Source of the DNA: Laetmonice hystrix
Lineage: Eukaryota
Assembly: GCA_965235115.1 (NCBI GenBank)
Contig: OZ249436.1
Span: 42,968,001 to 43,032,000, forward strand
Length of the DNA: 64,000 nt
Direction of reading: 5' to 3'
Shown piece by piece: positions 12,234 to 24,527 of the stretch. Under the pieces are notes generated by a model. That model made no database searches. It was not told the origin of the DNA and worked only from the letters and a program-made list of their open reading frames with translations. Numbering within the stretch: position 1 is the stretch's first letter; every line of letters begins with the position of its first letter. The position numbers were made by a program, and so were the translations under genes.

Positions 12234-12558
12234 GTAAGGGGTGTATGCGCATCGTCCCCCGTGGGGGTAGAATGGGAAGGGCGGGGGGGGGGGGACTAGG
12301 CCTAAATTATATAACTTTGACATTATACAAATACCATGGTTGGCCACAGTTTAAAAAAAACATATTATCATTGTTATCGTAAATGCTTTCATTCTAGATA
12401 CCGGTACCTTATTGGTGGCTACTACATGACGTCATGCATTACGGTGTACATTTTACAAATCGTCCGACCGACCTTTGAGTCCATTGTATCATAGATTAAG
12501 AAACAATCTCTGATTATGTTCCTGGGGTGTTAATTGATTTCTTTGTTTGCTTACACAG

Positions 12559-12814
12559 AGTGAGAGCGCCCGGATCGTACCGTGTGGTACCCAACTCGTG
12601 CAGTGAGGGTATGACAGCCCCAGCTCTCCGACCAGACCCCCGGGTCTGTACCAAACCTAAGACGGTACCCCTGCCGTGTGGGTACAGTGTGGGGGCCCGT
12701 ACCACCCGGCCCCCCGCCGACCAGGGCCTACTGGGGGTGTCACTCATATTGACTGTGTGGGTGATCCGAACACTGCCCGGGTACCCGGTCTTCACAACCC
12801 CACACGACCAATGA
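12559..12814 (+). CDS. CACHD1-like: CACHD1-like terminal coding exon with hydrophobic C-terminal segment
   Basis: acacag|A GTG...CAA TGA. Ends CGYSVGA-RTTRPPADQG-LLGVSLILTVWVI-RTLPG...HDQ*. The 10 exons sum to 2026 nt and are frame-consistent. Confidence 0.8.
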
Positions 12815-12965
12815 TGGTAACTCATACGATAGACACAACAAATCATCAAAACATCGACGTATTTTGGATATCATTCTACACTTTCATGCATCAGGTTTTT
12901 TTTTCTCAGTCGGTTATATTTCTATGAACATGATGTGAATGTTGTCTAAATTTAGCATTATTTAT

Positions 12966-13065
12966 GAGAAAGAGTGCGAGAGGGAGAGAGAGAGAGAGAG
13001 AGATAGAGAGAGAGGGAGAGAGAGAGAGAGAGTGAGAGAAAGAGACAGATAGAGAGAGAGGGTGT

Positions 13066-13096
<31 letters not shown>

Positions 13097-13105
13097 TGTG
13101 TGTGT

Positions 13106-13181
<76 letters not shown>

Positions 13182-13215
13182 GGGTGTGAGAGAGAGAGAG
13201 AGAGAGAGAGGGGGG
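12966..13215 (+). repeat. (GA)n microsatellite
   Basis: Imperfect GA run of about 250 bp, 150 bp downstream of the stop of gene 1. Confidence 0.97.
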
Positions 13216-13254
13216 GAGGTTAAGGTTGACCCCCAAACTCCTCAGATACTTTAC

Positions 13255-13505
13255 CTTTGAACCCCAGTGACACCATATTAAAATTTCAGGTTCGAAAGTA
13301 TTTTAAAAATGGAATGGAAAAATATGTCTCTGCTAGCTGTCGTCCTGGCTTCCACTGCGATTCTTGAAGTATTTGTACATAATCTATTATCTGGCTGCAG
13401 AAAATCGCTGTCGGACCGAACAGTAACTCGGGGCCCTAACATTGCAAAAATATTTAACTTATCGCTCGAAGCTGAAATTTAACATGGTGTCACTGGGGAT
13501 CAAAG
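13255..13505. mobile_element. MITE with TIRs of about 40 bp
   Basis: ctttgaaccccagtgacaccatattaaaatttcag ... ctgaaatttaacatggtgtcactggggatcaaag. Confidence 0.7.
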
Positions 13506-14065
13506 TATTTAAGGTAACCTATATATATTTATCCCAAGCCGATACCATGTGATCAATACCGGTTGAAACATCGATTATTGACGTGTGTTGTGAAAATGTT
13601 GTCACGAGTATGCCACTATATCCCTATATGTTAGAGTTATCGAGAGGGAAAAGGAAAAAAAAAGTATGTAATGTGTTGTTTTACAAAATCAGGAAAAAAA
13701 TAATACGGGGCAGTAGTGGATGATCCATGACGTAAGCATTGTTGCCAGACTGAGGTCGACATTAGTCCCGTGGTTTTGTAAATACCGCATTCTGATTGGC
13801 CAGAAATAGCTATCTACGAGTGGGTACAGAAATACAGTACTAGACTCTGTCATTGATGGGTGATTGTAGCTGGTAAACGTTGCCATTGTGTGACACATGA
13901 CAATAGTGGGAGAAGATTGTAGGCCTACCTCATCGAGAAAACTTTTACCACGGGCTCAGTTTATTAATAACTTCCATACACATTCATATGATAATGTCAA
14001 CTATTTTTGTTTGAAAGGTGTAGATAAGAATTGTTGGAGATAATTAGCAATGGATAGTTACTGTG

Positions 14066-14390
14066 AATTACTTTAGTGAACCTTCCGTTCCGACCTGTAG
14101 AACCTGAACTACTTTAGTAAACATTCTGTTCCGGCCTGTAGAACCTAAACTACTTTAGCAAACATTCCGTTGCGACCCGTAGGACCTGAACTACTTTAGC
14201 AAACATTCCGTTGCGACCTGTATAACCTGAACTACTTTAGCAAACATTCCGTTTCGACCTGTAGAACCTGAACTACTTTAGTAAACATTCCGTTTCGACC
14301 TGTAGAACCTGAACTACTTTAGTAAACATTCCGTTTCCACATGTAGGACCTGAACTACTTTAGCAAACATTCCGTTTCGACCTGTAGAAC
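14066..14390 (+). repeat. 41-bp tandem repeat (about 8 copies)
   Basis: Unit gaactactttagcaaacattccgtttcgacctgtagaacct. Confidence 0.93.
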
Positions 14391-15987
14391 GGGTCCTATG
14401 TTTTGTTCAGCAGGTTTTTGTACGTTTTCAATCTGACTCAGATCTTGGCGTTGACCGAGATGTTTGGTTTGTCTGATATCAGCGAACCATTCCGGACACA
14501 TTCCGAATCCATTCGTCAAATTCCGGGAATTCTTCGGTGTTCTTCTGTGGACACTTCTGTTATTGTTGCTAGTATTTAACCAGAGACATCTGCACGAGTA
14601 GCTAGCATCCATGTATTTTGTGGAGGTGGGGGAACCAGATTTATATACATTATTTGTATTAAGATCGCCCTATCATATATTTACGGCATTCATCGACGTC
14701 GCACAGCGTTTAGTGTAACTGTTCATATAAAAACCAAAAAATAACATTTGTGTGTCGTAGTCCCAACTGCTACATGTGGTGGAGGTCATCTGTAGGTCAG
14801 AGGTCAGCTCTGACAGAGGTCAAGGACTTACCTTGAAGGTCTTCTTATTTTTATGATATTTTGCATTGTTTTTATTCCCTTTTACATGTAGCTTTATGAA
14901 TATTGACAGCAATTATTTGTTCCAGTTGTTAAATACACGTATAGAACTGAAAATAGTACACTTGATGATGTCACAGGCGGACCGAGAGAAAAATAACCTC
15001 AGAATGTTGACATATACACAACACGATGGGTAGACCTTGACTGGATGAAACTGATCTCAGTGGTTTAGATTATGGCAATATGGGGCTACAACGGGTAGAG
15101 ACGATAGAGAAAGGGAGATAGAGAGGAAACGAGAGAAAGGGTACGCCGGGGGGGGGGGGGGTCCTCGCCCCCCACCCGCCCCCTTGAACGCCTCGAATCA
15201 CATCCACAGGGATCTCATCAACTCGTACAAGTCGAAGCACAAACCAATGATAGAGGACCGGAGGGGGGCAGGGGGGTCCAGAAATTTTTAGGGGGCTAAG
15301 CCATGAGGCAAAGCCCCAGCCTTCCAGACCGTGGCTGTCTCCAAATTATTGATAACATCATCTAGATTCTAGCGGGGAGGCAGTAGCCTATGGAATACCG
15401 GCGACGACATGCGAGATAGTGTGTTTGGGTTAGGGTAAAGGTTAGGCCGAGGGTTAGTGTCGGTGTCAATAAGAAACATTCTATGTGCTAAATTGACACT
15501 GTTCAGTCCCATGTCGTCTCGCATCTCGCATCTCGTCGCCGGTATTCCATAGTAGCCCCCTTACCCCCCGTCCCCATTCCGCCACTGGCGTGGGGCACCT
15601 TGAGGGAACAGATCTGTGTATGGAATTAATGTTAGAGGTTTGAGATGTTCTCACTGATCTGGGAATGCTCGCGGGAGGCGGGGACTTCACCCCACGATTC
15701 CAATAGTGTTTTTCGGCGTTGTTAATGCTGTTGAATGATGCATTTCCAAGCTTTGTTGAGGTTATTGTTACCCTGAAAGTAAACTTCCATTCATTCAGGT
15801 AACAAGATGTTATCAATTTCTTTAAAATATCATGATGTTACTCCATGCCTTGGTAAAACGGCATCATTTAAAACTTTAAAAAGGGATGGGGAGAATGTAG
15901 GCTACCAATCAGCTCGACCTAAAAATCAACCCATGTTTTGGGTGCCTTTACGGAGGGGTGGGGGGGGGCAGGTCAGTTACTTTCTCC

Positions 15988-16694
15988 TTATCTCGCAGTT
16001 AATATCAGAGCCAGTATCATTGGTACAGAGGCACTCACTGTCACGCTATCCCGCAGTTAATATCAGACCCAGTATCATTGGTACAGAGGTTTACACTCAC
16101 TGCCACGCTATCCCGCAGTTAATATCAGACCCAGTATCATTGGTACAGAGGTTTACACTCACTGCCACGCTATCCCGCAGTTAATATCAGACCCAGTATC
16201 ATTGGTACAGAGGTTTACATTCATGCCACGCTATCCCGCAGTTAATATCAGAGCCAGTATCATTGGTACAGAGGTTTACATTCATGCCACGCTATCCCGC
16301 AGTTAATATCAGACCCAGTATCATTGGTACAGAGGTTTACATTCATGCCACGCTATCCCGCAGTTAATATCAGAGCCAGTATCATTGGTACAGAGGTTTA
16401 CACTCACTGTCACGCTATCCCGCAGTTAATATCAGACCCAGTATCATTGGTACAGAGGTTTACATTCATGCCACGCTATCCCGCAGTTAATATCAGACCC
16501 AGTATCATTGGTACAGAGGTTTACATTCATGCCACGCTATCCCGCAGTTAATATCAGACCCAGTATCATTGGTACAGAGGTTTACACTCGCTGTCACGCT
16601 ATCCCGCAGTTAATATCAGACCCAGTATCATTGGTACAGAGGTTTACGTTCATGCCACGCTATCCCGCAGTTAATATCAGAGCCAGTATCATTG
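15988..16694 (+). repeat. 61-62-bp tandem repeat (about 11-12 copies)
   Basis: Unit cacgctatcccgcagttaatatcagacccagtatcattggtacagaggtttacattcatgc. Confidence 0.95.
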
Positions 16695-17145
16695 TTTAAT
16701 AAGACTCACTGTCGCGTTTAATTGTGGGTAACTTTCCATGGTTACGGTATACATTTAATAAAGTAAACATGCTAGACATACACACGTAAATACATCTAGA
16801 GGCCTACATACATCTTTGGAAATACTGTGATATTAGCTATACCATGAATATTCTGCAATTTTATTGACTGTGTATGTCATCAGGTATGTCGTAAATCTCT
16901 CCTGTGCTACTCGGTTTGGTATCAGTATATCTAAATACAGGCAACATTTACAATACCAAGGTGATGTTAAAACTTGCACGAAACATACAAAACCTGGTCA
17001 GTTCAGAGGTAGAGATTGTCAACATCGTTTCTGTAAGTAAGTAGCTCCCAGGCAGAAAGCAATGTTCAATTATTATCATACTTTCTATAAACTTGGCAAA
17101 AGTGTTATTATTATGCAAGCAGATCTCATCAACACATGTATAGAA

Positions 17146-17490
17146 AGCCTGAAAGCTTGGCTAGACCAGGCATTGAGTTTTAATCCATATCTCTTGTTTA
17201 TAAAACCTGAAAGCTTGGCTAGACCAGGCATTGAGTTTTAATTCATATCTCTTGTTTATAAAACCTGAAAGCTTGGCGAGACCAGACATTGAGTTTTAAT
17301 CCATATCTCTTGTTTATAAAACCTGAAAGCTTGGCTAGACCAGACATTGAGTTTTAATCCATATCTCTTGTTTATAAAACCTGAAAGCTTGGCTAGACCA
17401 GGCATTGAGTTTTAATCCCTATCTCTTGTTTATAAAACCTGAAAGGTTGGCTAGACCAGGCATTGAGTTTTAATCCATATCTCTTGTTTT
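17146..17490 (+). repeat. 58-bp tandem repeat (6 copies)
   Basis: Unit cctgaaagcttggctagaccaggcattgagttttaatccatatctcttgtttataaaa. Confidence 0.95.
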
Positions 17491-18919
17491 AAACATCCTC
17501 AGAATGGGATTCTATGACAGAAACCGTGTGCTACCCGAGACCTGGCGATTATAACACGAGGATGTCAGGGACGACAAGGTTTAGTGGTTGCTGTTAAAAC
17601 CTATTATTGTATACGAGAACATGCAATGTATCTGTGACACGATACGGGCGCCATCTTAGCAAGTGGGCCTGAATTGGGCAAGCTGATTTGGGCAAAAGGG
17701 GCTTGCTGCGAGGTCACGTGCCCCCAAACCCCCCGACAGTCCCCACAGCAGGGGGCGGAATGACTGGCCACTTCTAGCAGACGTTGGACCATATTGGCGT
17801 TCTGACTGGAGGAGCAGTCTATGAACAAAAGGAAAGGTTAATTGTTTACCCTCTCCGCAAACTTTTACAACGCCAACGGATAATGTGTTCAAGAATAAAA
17901 AGTGAATCATGCAGTTGAAAGGAAGATACCATGAACTGTCTTAGTTTTACAGTTTTATTGAGCAGCTTTTTTTTGAAGATTGTGTTATTATAATGTTAGC
18001 GATACAACAGTACCTGTTGAGAATAGTTTTATATAAAGAGATGGCGAGAATGGCTGTTATCACACTAAAATCGACAACCCCATGCCCTTTGAAAGAGGAG
18101 TAGTTAGGGTCCGTATAAACAGATGCAAAAATGACTTGTGTACGTGTGTGTGAGTTGGGTGGTTTGTCCATGTTGGCTCATGTTGTGTAGGAGGTGAAAT
18201 AAAGATGTTGAATATACGATCAATGTTGTTGATGGTAATATTTTACAAACCGTGCATTGTTCAAGAAAATCTTCATTTTCTGCCCAATTTTTCATTTTTT
18301 TCAGCAGGTTAGGCCTACAAAGCACCCCCCCCCCCCGCCCCCTTGCAAAATCCTGGATCCGCCTCTGTCCGAACACATCCTCTACCTCTACAATCTGTTC
18401 CCTATCCATAGGAATTGGTTCTATTAAAGAATTTATATTTCTCCAAAATTGGCATTTCTCCCCGGCTTCTGAAAAAGAAAGTAGGCCTAGGCCTTTAGAG
18501 TGAAAGAGCGAGTGTCTTTCGCGTTTCTCACCAGAGGGCGTTATCATACTATAGGCCGCTACAGTCTGAAGCGGGCGGATTTATCACTGACATCACCATA
18601 GCATTCTGATTGGGGGCATACTTGAGGGTGGTAATAAAATCTGGTGTTTACACATTAAAATGTCAGATGCATGAGTTACAAACGCTTCAGACGCGTCCCA
18701 CTGCATGGCGCTGCGATCACAGGGCGCCCTCTGTCGGTCTATCCTCTTTTACGAGGATGTCGATTGGTTCCGCCAGGTGGCGACACTAGCTGGTGTACCG
18801 TAACATTTCCCAGAATTCCACAAAAAATCGTCAGCTTCATCCTTCCGTTATCGGTGTTTGTCCTTTATTTATCACGCCCCTGGAGGTACCTGATGTATCT
18901 TGTGTTTTGGCACTGAGGC

Positions 18920-19001
18920 AGCGCATGTAAAATGGACAGCGTCATCACAGATCAGAGCTTTTCTTACTGGCAGGAGAGAGCTTGTCACACAACCTAAGTC
19001 G
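18920..19001 (+). other. Probable non-coding 5'-UTR exon of ZDHHC4 (start approximate)
   Basis: Strong donor TCG|gtgagt at 19001/19002 and acceptor ttcttttcag| at about 19525 upstream of the ATG; CpG-richer promoter-like region 18500-19150. Confidence 0.45.
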
Positions 19002-19567
19002 GTGAGTTCTCGACAGAACTCGTGTGATGCTGCGGCAGCGTTAACTCGCTGTGCGACCACCAGACGGCAGGGTAGCTGCCGCCAGGTGCTCGCCTTGAGT
19101 TGAGGGTGTGGTCCGCGGGCTGGGTGGTTGGGGTGGGGTCCAGTGGCGTATCCAGGGGGTTTTCAAGTATCCCGGAACTCCCCCGCCCCCTTGAAAAAAG
19201 AAATATATTAAGGACATTTTTTGTAAAACAGGAGTGTAAAAAGTGTATTGTTTTAACCAAAGCCAAGGAAATCATCATTATAAAACATTACAAGATGTTC
19301 TGAGATTGCATTAATTATCTGTTTTTTAATCTTTCCAGAGGAGCATGCCATGAGCTCCCCCCCCCCTCCCGATCTGGTAAAACTTGCTCCTCACTGGAAT
19401 TTCTCTTAGTCTTTGTGACAGTAATACTTGCCCAGTTTGAATTTTTCAAACTAGGCCTATGCTATAGCATAACTTTGCTCATTTCTAAAAAAGTTCATAT
19501 CTAGGCCTGGTTATTTTCTTTTCAGTAATTGAGGACTGATGTTGGTTAAAGTGACGCTAGCTGCAGC

Positions 19568-19696
19568 ATGGATTTCCTGACGCTCTTCTCTTGTTACATT
19601 TTGATATGTGTTCTGGTGATTTCACTTTACCTGATCGAGGACTGTCGTTTCCTAAAGACAGGCCTCATCGGACAGCTCAGGGTTGGTTTATATCAG
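19568..19696 (+). CDS. ZDHHC4: Palmitoyltransferase ZDHHC4-like, coding exon 1 (MDFLTLFSCYILICVLV...GLYQ)
   Basis: N-terminus MDFLxLF is like vertebrate ZDHHC4; donor CAG|gtaagt. Confidence 0.88.
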
Positions 19697-19892
19697 GTAA
19701 GTAAATGTTTACATCAGGGGCCCAGGAGTCATTCATATTCCAGTAACTTTTAATATCTGAGCAGCGCAGCCAAATATCACCTTGAGGATTTACTAGTATA
19801 TCAGGGTAAAACCCCCAGGGTTTCATGAAAACCCCAGGTATAGATTGGTAATGGTTTGTTTCAATGCTGTAAAATTATGTCTTAAATTGCAG

Positions 19893-19975
19893 AGTTTATT
19901 GAGGACCACAAGTTTAGTTCCCCAGTCTGTACGAACTAGGATACTTCACTGGTATGACATCGTCTTTTATAGAAA
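19893..19975 (+). CDS. ZDHHC4: ZDHHC4-like coding exon 2 (SLLRTTSLVPQSVRTRILHWYDIVFYRK); not in ORF track
   Basis: ttgcag|AGT...AGA AA|gtaagt. Phase 0/2 exactly bridges exon 1 and exon 3. Confidence 0.82.
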
Positions 19976-20534
19976 GTAAGTATCTAGATCCTTTGTAATA
20001 ATAAAAAAAATTCTTAAAAGTTCTAATGTTTAAGTTGTAGCTCTCCGGTCACCGTTGGTCATGTTGGCTTCACGATGATCCTTGTATTTGTCTTGGGAAC
20101 AGTAATAAAGTTGACAGTAATTGACACACCAAATTTACGTGTTGATATGACATTTATAAACCTGAGGGCTACTGTTGAAACATTTGTTGTTTGAGGTCAG
20201 ATCTGATGATGATTTATGATTTGATTTATATTTATCCTATCTCATCCCTTTAATTCAAGGTAAACGGGCAAAAAATTCCGAAATCATTCTAAAAACACAT
20301 TTGTATATTCCTTGGAGTCCTTACCTATAGAATGCTGCCACAAATCAGACATCCTTGAAATCCTTAACTATAGAATGCTGCCACAAATCAGACATTTTTC
20401 ATTGAGTTGAAAAGAAATGACCACCTTTTTCCTGTTTTGTTTTGTTTTTCTGGTCATTAGCCGCAGGAAATAATGTTACCTAATTTAGGCTGAGAAGAAC
20501 AATATCTTATCTGTGACGTGTTGGCCAACAGCCA

Positions 20535-21508
20535 GGAATCCGGTTATAACGAAGTACTCGGGACCGCTCGGGACCGCTATATAATATGCGGAATTTCGTT
20601 ATAAGCAGGAGATGCCTTAATTTGTCAGTCGGCCACCAGGGGGCTCTCCCTAGTAGATTTAGTCATGATGTCCGTAACTGCCGCTAGAGTGCCCTATAGG
20701 TAGGGCTAAATATAATATAATATAGGCGTAATCACCAATCAATTTTTTGTTTAGGACCTATGTGTTATAGACAACAATGCTATTATGCAGTACTTTAAAT
20801 ATCGCTTTGTACTATTATTATGAATTATATTAGTGTCCCAGCTTTGGAGGGGTGGTTCAAAAACAGCCTCGTAGTCTATATGAGTAGACTCTAATGGGAG
20901 GCACACCTGTAATTCCCACACCTGGAGAAAATAATCAAACGATGTGTGCCGGGGGGGGGGGGCGTGAAAATTGAGTATATTTGGTAGGGGTCTATATGGG
21001 CTCAGGATATCAAGGTGAGATATAGACTGAAGTGCAGCGGCTCTCCTCAGATAGACAGACCGCGGCCACAGACCATGGCCCCTCAGGTGGTAAAGGCGGC
21101 ATTTATTTTTAACCAAGGCGGTGACACGTCGCTTTTTTCTTCACAAGTCGCCGCCAGTAGTCGGCAAGCTAAACATGAGCCTGTGGGCAAGGCAGTCAGT
21201 AACACCCCCCCCCCCCCCCCATTACGTAATGACATGTGTCCAGTTAAGGGAGTTCATTACCTCCCGCCTGGCGGTCACACCTGCCGACTTGGGTCAGTTG
21301 ACCTACTTCGCTATAGCCGGGAAGTTGTCACTTTGGCACTGAAAGGCCTTCGTTATAAGCGAAAATTTGTTATAGGCAAACTTCGTTATATCTGACCTAA
21401 ATTAAATTAAAATAACAGAGACTGAATAAAAGTGATTTCGTTCCTGAGATTGACTTCGCTATAGGCGGGAATTCGTTATAAGCGTGTTCGTTATAACCGG
21501 ACTCCACT
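20535..21508. mobile_element. Tc1/pogo(Tigger)-like non-autonomous element
   Basis: ggaatccggttataacgaa ... ttcgttataaccggactcc TIRs, with repeated subterminal ttcgttata motifs. Confidence 0.6.
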
Positions 21509-21920
21509 TAACCTAAAACCCACGAAATTTGGTTGGAAGTAAAGATCCATAGCCTGGACCTTAGCCCTAACTCCTAACCCCAGTCCCTACACCTCCTAAA
21601 AACATATCCCTATCCTATGCCTGACCTTAACCCGAAGCCCGACCCAAAAATGTTGTTTGGAAGTTACCAAGGGGGAATAACCGGGTGAGGCTTCCAATAG
21701 AGACATCACGAAGTTGTCGGTATAATTGAATACAAGTCGCGCATTGAAGTATCTCAGCCGTATCGTCAATATGAAGAAATAGATAAAAAGATATTTTATA
21801 TTATTTAAGTCGGTCATGACTCACCGACCCGACTCAACTATATCCTGTTTTGTAAGGCATGAAAACTGGTTGGGTCGAGTTGGGTCGGATTGTGTGTGAC
21901 GGGCGTCTGTGACTTGTACA

Positions 21921-23650
21921 CTGCCGCCTGGCAGGTACATGTCTCAGTACGGTCAGCTGGGAGCAAAACAAAAACCAGAACAATAGAGTTTCTAACTAAC
22001 TGCCGCCTGGCAGGTACATGTCTCAGTACGGTCAGCTGGGAGCAAAACAAAAACCAGAACAATAGAGTTTCTAACTAACTGCCGCCTGGCAGGTACATGT
22101 CTCAGTACGGTCAGCTGGGAGCAAAACAAAAACCAGAACAATAGAGTTTCTAACTAACTGCCGCCTGGCAGGTACATGTCTCAGTACGGTCAGCTGGGAG
22201 CAAAACAAAAACCAGAACAATAGAGTTTCTAACTAACTGCCGCCTGGCAGGTACATGTCTCAGTACGGTCAGCTGGGAGCAAAACAAAAACCAGAACAAT
22301 AGAGTTTCTAACTAACTGCCGCCTGGCAGGTACATGTCTCAGTACGGTCAGCTGGGAACAAAACAAAAACAGAACAATAGAGTTTCTAACTAACTGCCGC
22401 CTGGCAGGTACATGTCTCAGTACGGTCAGCTGGGAGCAAAACAAAAACAGAACAATAGAGTTTCTAACTAACTGCCGCCTGGCAGGTACATGTCTCAGTA
22501 CGGTCAGCTGGGAACAAAACAAAAACCAGAACGATAGAGTTTCTAACTAACTGCCGCCTGGCAGGTACATGTCTCAGTACGGTCAGCTGGGAACAAAACA
22601 AAAACCAGAACGATAGAGTTTCTAACTAACTGCCGCCTGGCAGGTACATGTCTCAGTACGGTCAGCTGGGAGCAAAACAAAAACCAGAACGATAGAGTTT
22701 CTAACTAACTGCCGCCTGGCAGGTACATGTCTCAGTACGGTCAGCTGGGAGCAAAACAAAAACCAGAACAATAGAGTTTCTAACTAACTGCCGCCTGGCA
22801 GGTACATGTCTCAGTACGGTCAGCTGGGAGCAAAACAAAAACCAGAACGATAGAGTTTCTAACTAACTGCCGCCTGGCAGGTACATGTCTCAGTACGGTC
22901 AGCTGGGAGCAAAACAAAAACCAGAACGATAGAGTTTCTAACTAACTGCCGCCTGGCAGGTACATGTCTCAGTACGGTCAGCTGGGAGCAAAACAAAAAC
23001 AGAACAATAGAGTTTCTAACTAACTGCCGCCTGGCAGGTACATGTCTCAGTACGGTCAGCTGGGAGCAAAACAAAAACCAGAACGATAGAGTTTCTAACT
23101 AACTGCCGCCTGGCAGGTACATGTCTCAGTACGGTCAGCTGGGAGCAAAACAAAAACCAGAACAATAGAGTTTCTAACTAACTGCCGCCTGGCAGGTACA
23201 TGTCTCAGTACGGTCAGCTGGGAGCAAAACAAAAACCAGAACAATAGAGTTTCTAACTAACTGCCGCCTGGCAGGTACATGTCTCAGTACGGTCAGCTGG
23301 GAGCAAAACAAAAACCAGAACAATAGAGTTTCTAACTAACTGCCGCCTGGCAGGTACATGTCTCAGTACGGTCAGCTGGGAACAAAACAAAAACAGAACA
23401 ATAGAGTTTCTAACTAACTGCCGCCTGGCAGGTACATGTCTCAGTACGGTCAGCTGGGAGCAAAACAAAAACAGAACAATAGAGTTTCTAACTAACTGCC
23501 GCCTGGCAGGTACATGTCTCAGTACGGTCAGCTGGGAGCAAAACAAAAACCAGAACAATAGAGTTTCTAACTAACTGCCGCCTGGCAGGTACATGTCTCA
23601 GTACGGTCAGCTGGGAGCAAAACAAAAACCAGAACAATAGAGTTTCTAAC
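21921..23650 (+). repeat. 79-bp tandem repeat (about 22 copies), ZDHHC4 intron
   Basis: Unit ctgccgcctggcaggtacatgtctcagtacggtcagctgggagcaaaacaaaaaccagaacaatagagtttctaactaa. Confidence 0.97.
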
Positions 23651-24527
23651 AATGACGTGGATGTGGGACCGACACTCTGATTTGCATATCAATGAGTGAA
23701 CCTCTGGATCGGCATTGCTGCAAGGTGGATACTTCTCACAAGGGGGCGCTGACCTCGCTTGGAACATTACCACGTGACTTTCATCAATTTCGTTTATTTC
23801 AACTAAAACAAGTTTTTATAGATTCAAAATGAGGACTAGGAAATGTGATCCAAGGTTTAGCTGAGCCATTAAAACAAATGCTACTTTAAAACTACTTGAT
23901 TTCGCGGGGAAATTTTATATACATGTTGTATCTTAGCAAAAACATAAATTGTGTGTAAGACACACCCTTTCTGTGGTCCCCGACTGCGCTGAGATATATA
24001 AATCAGTAAGCACCGGTTGAGTAATGTAGGGAACTGCGAGGCATCGGTCTCCACGTTCGGTCGTAGTCTGGAAACAGACGCTGTTGAAAACCTGACAGTA
24101 CGAAGAGTTCGGCTCGGTTGGTATGTGTCCACTTGGAGAGGTGAGGGTGTAACTCGGCGATAAATGGACACAATTCTTCTAAAGGGATCTAGCAATAGAA
24201 CCCGTACCCCGTCAGTGGGCTCAATCTGCGGCAAGGTTCCAAATCAGTTGTCTCTCAATGGGTTATCGTGTGTTCTCCAGACGCCAGATCAGAACGGTAG
24301 GACTTGGACCCCGCCACTTAGACCAGTTTCATTTTTTTAGTTATTCTCAATTTTTAGTTACCGTCAGCGCTGTCAATCTCCCCGACCCGATCCCAGCCGA
24401 CCCCGCCCTACTCAGCCCTATATTCCGATCACGTCGCCCCCTGGCGGCGCTGACACAAGACGATAGCATGCGGACTGTGGGCGCGAGGCGAAGGACGATC
24501 CAGAGTTTGCATGTGGGAACTAAACGT

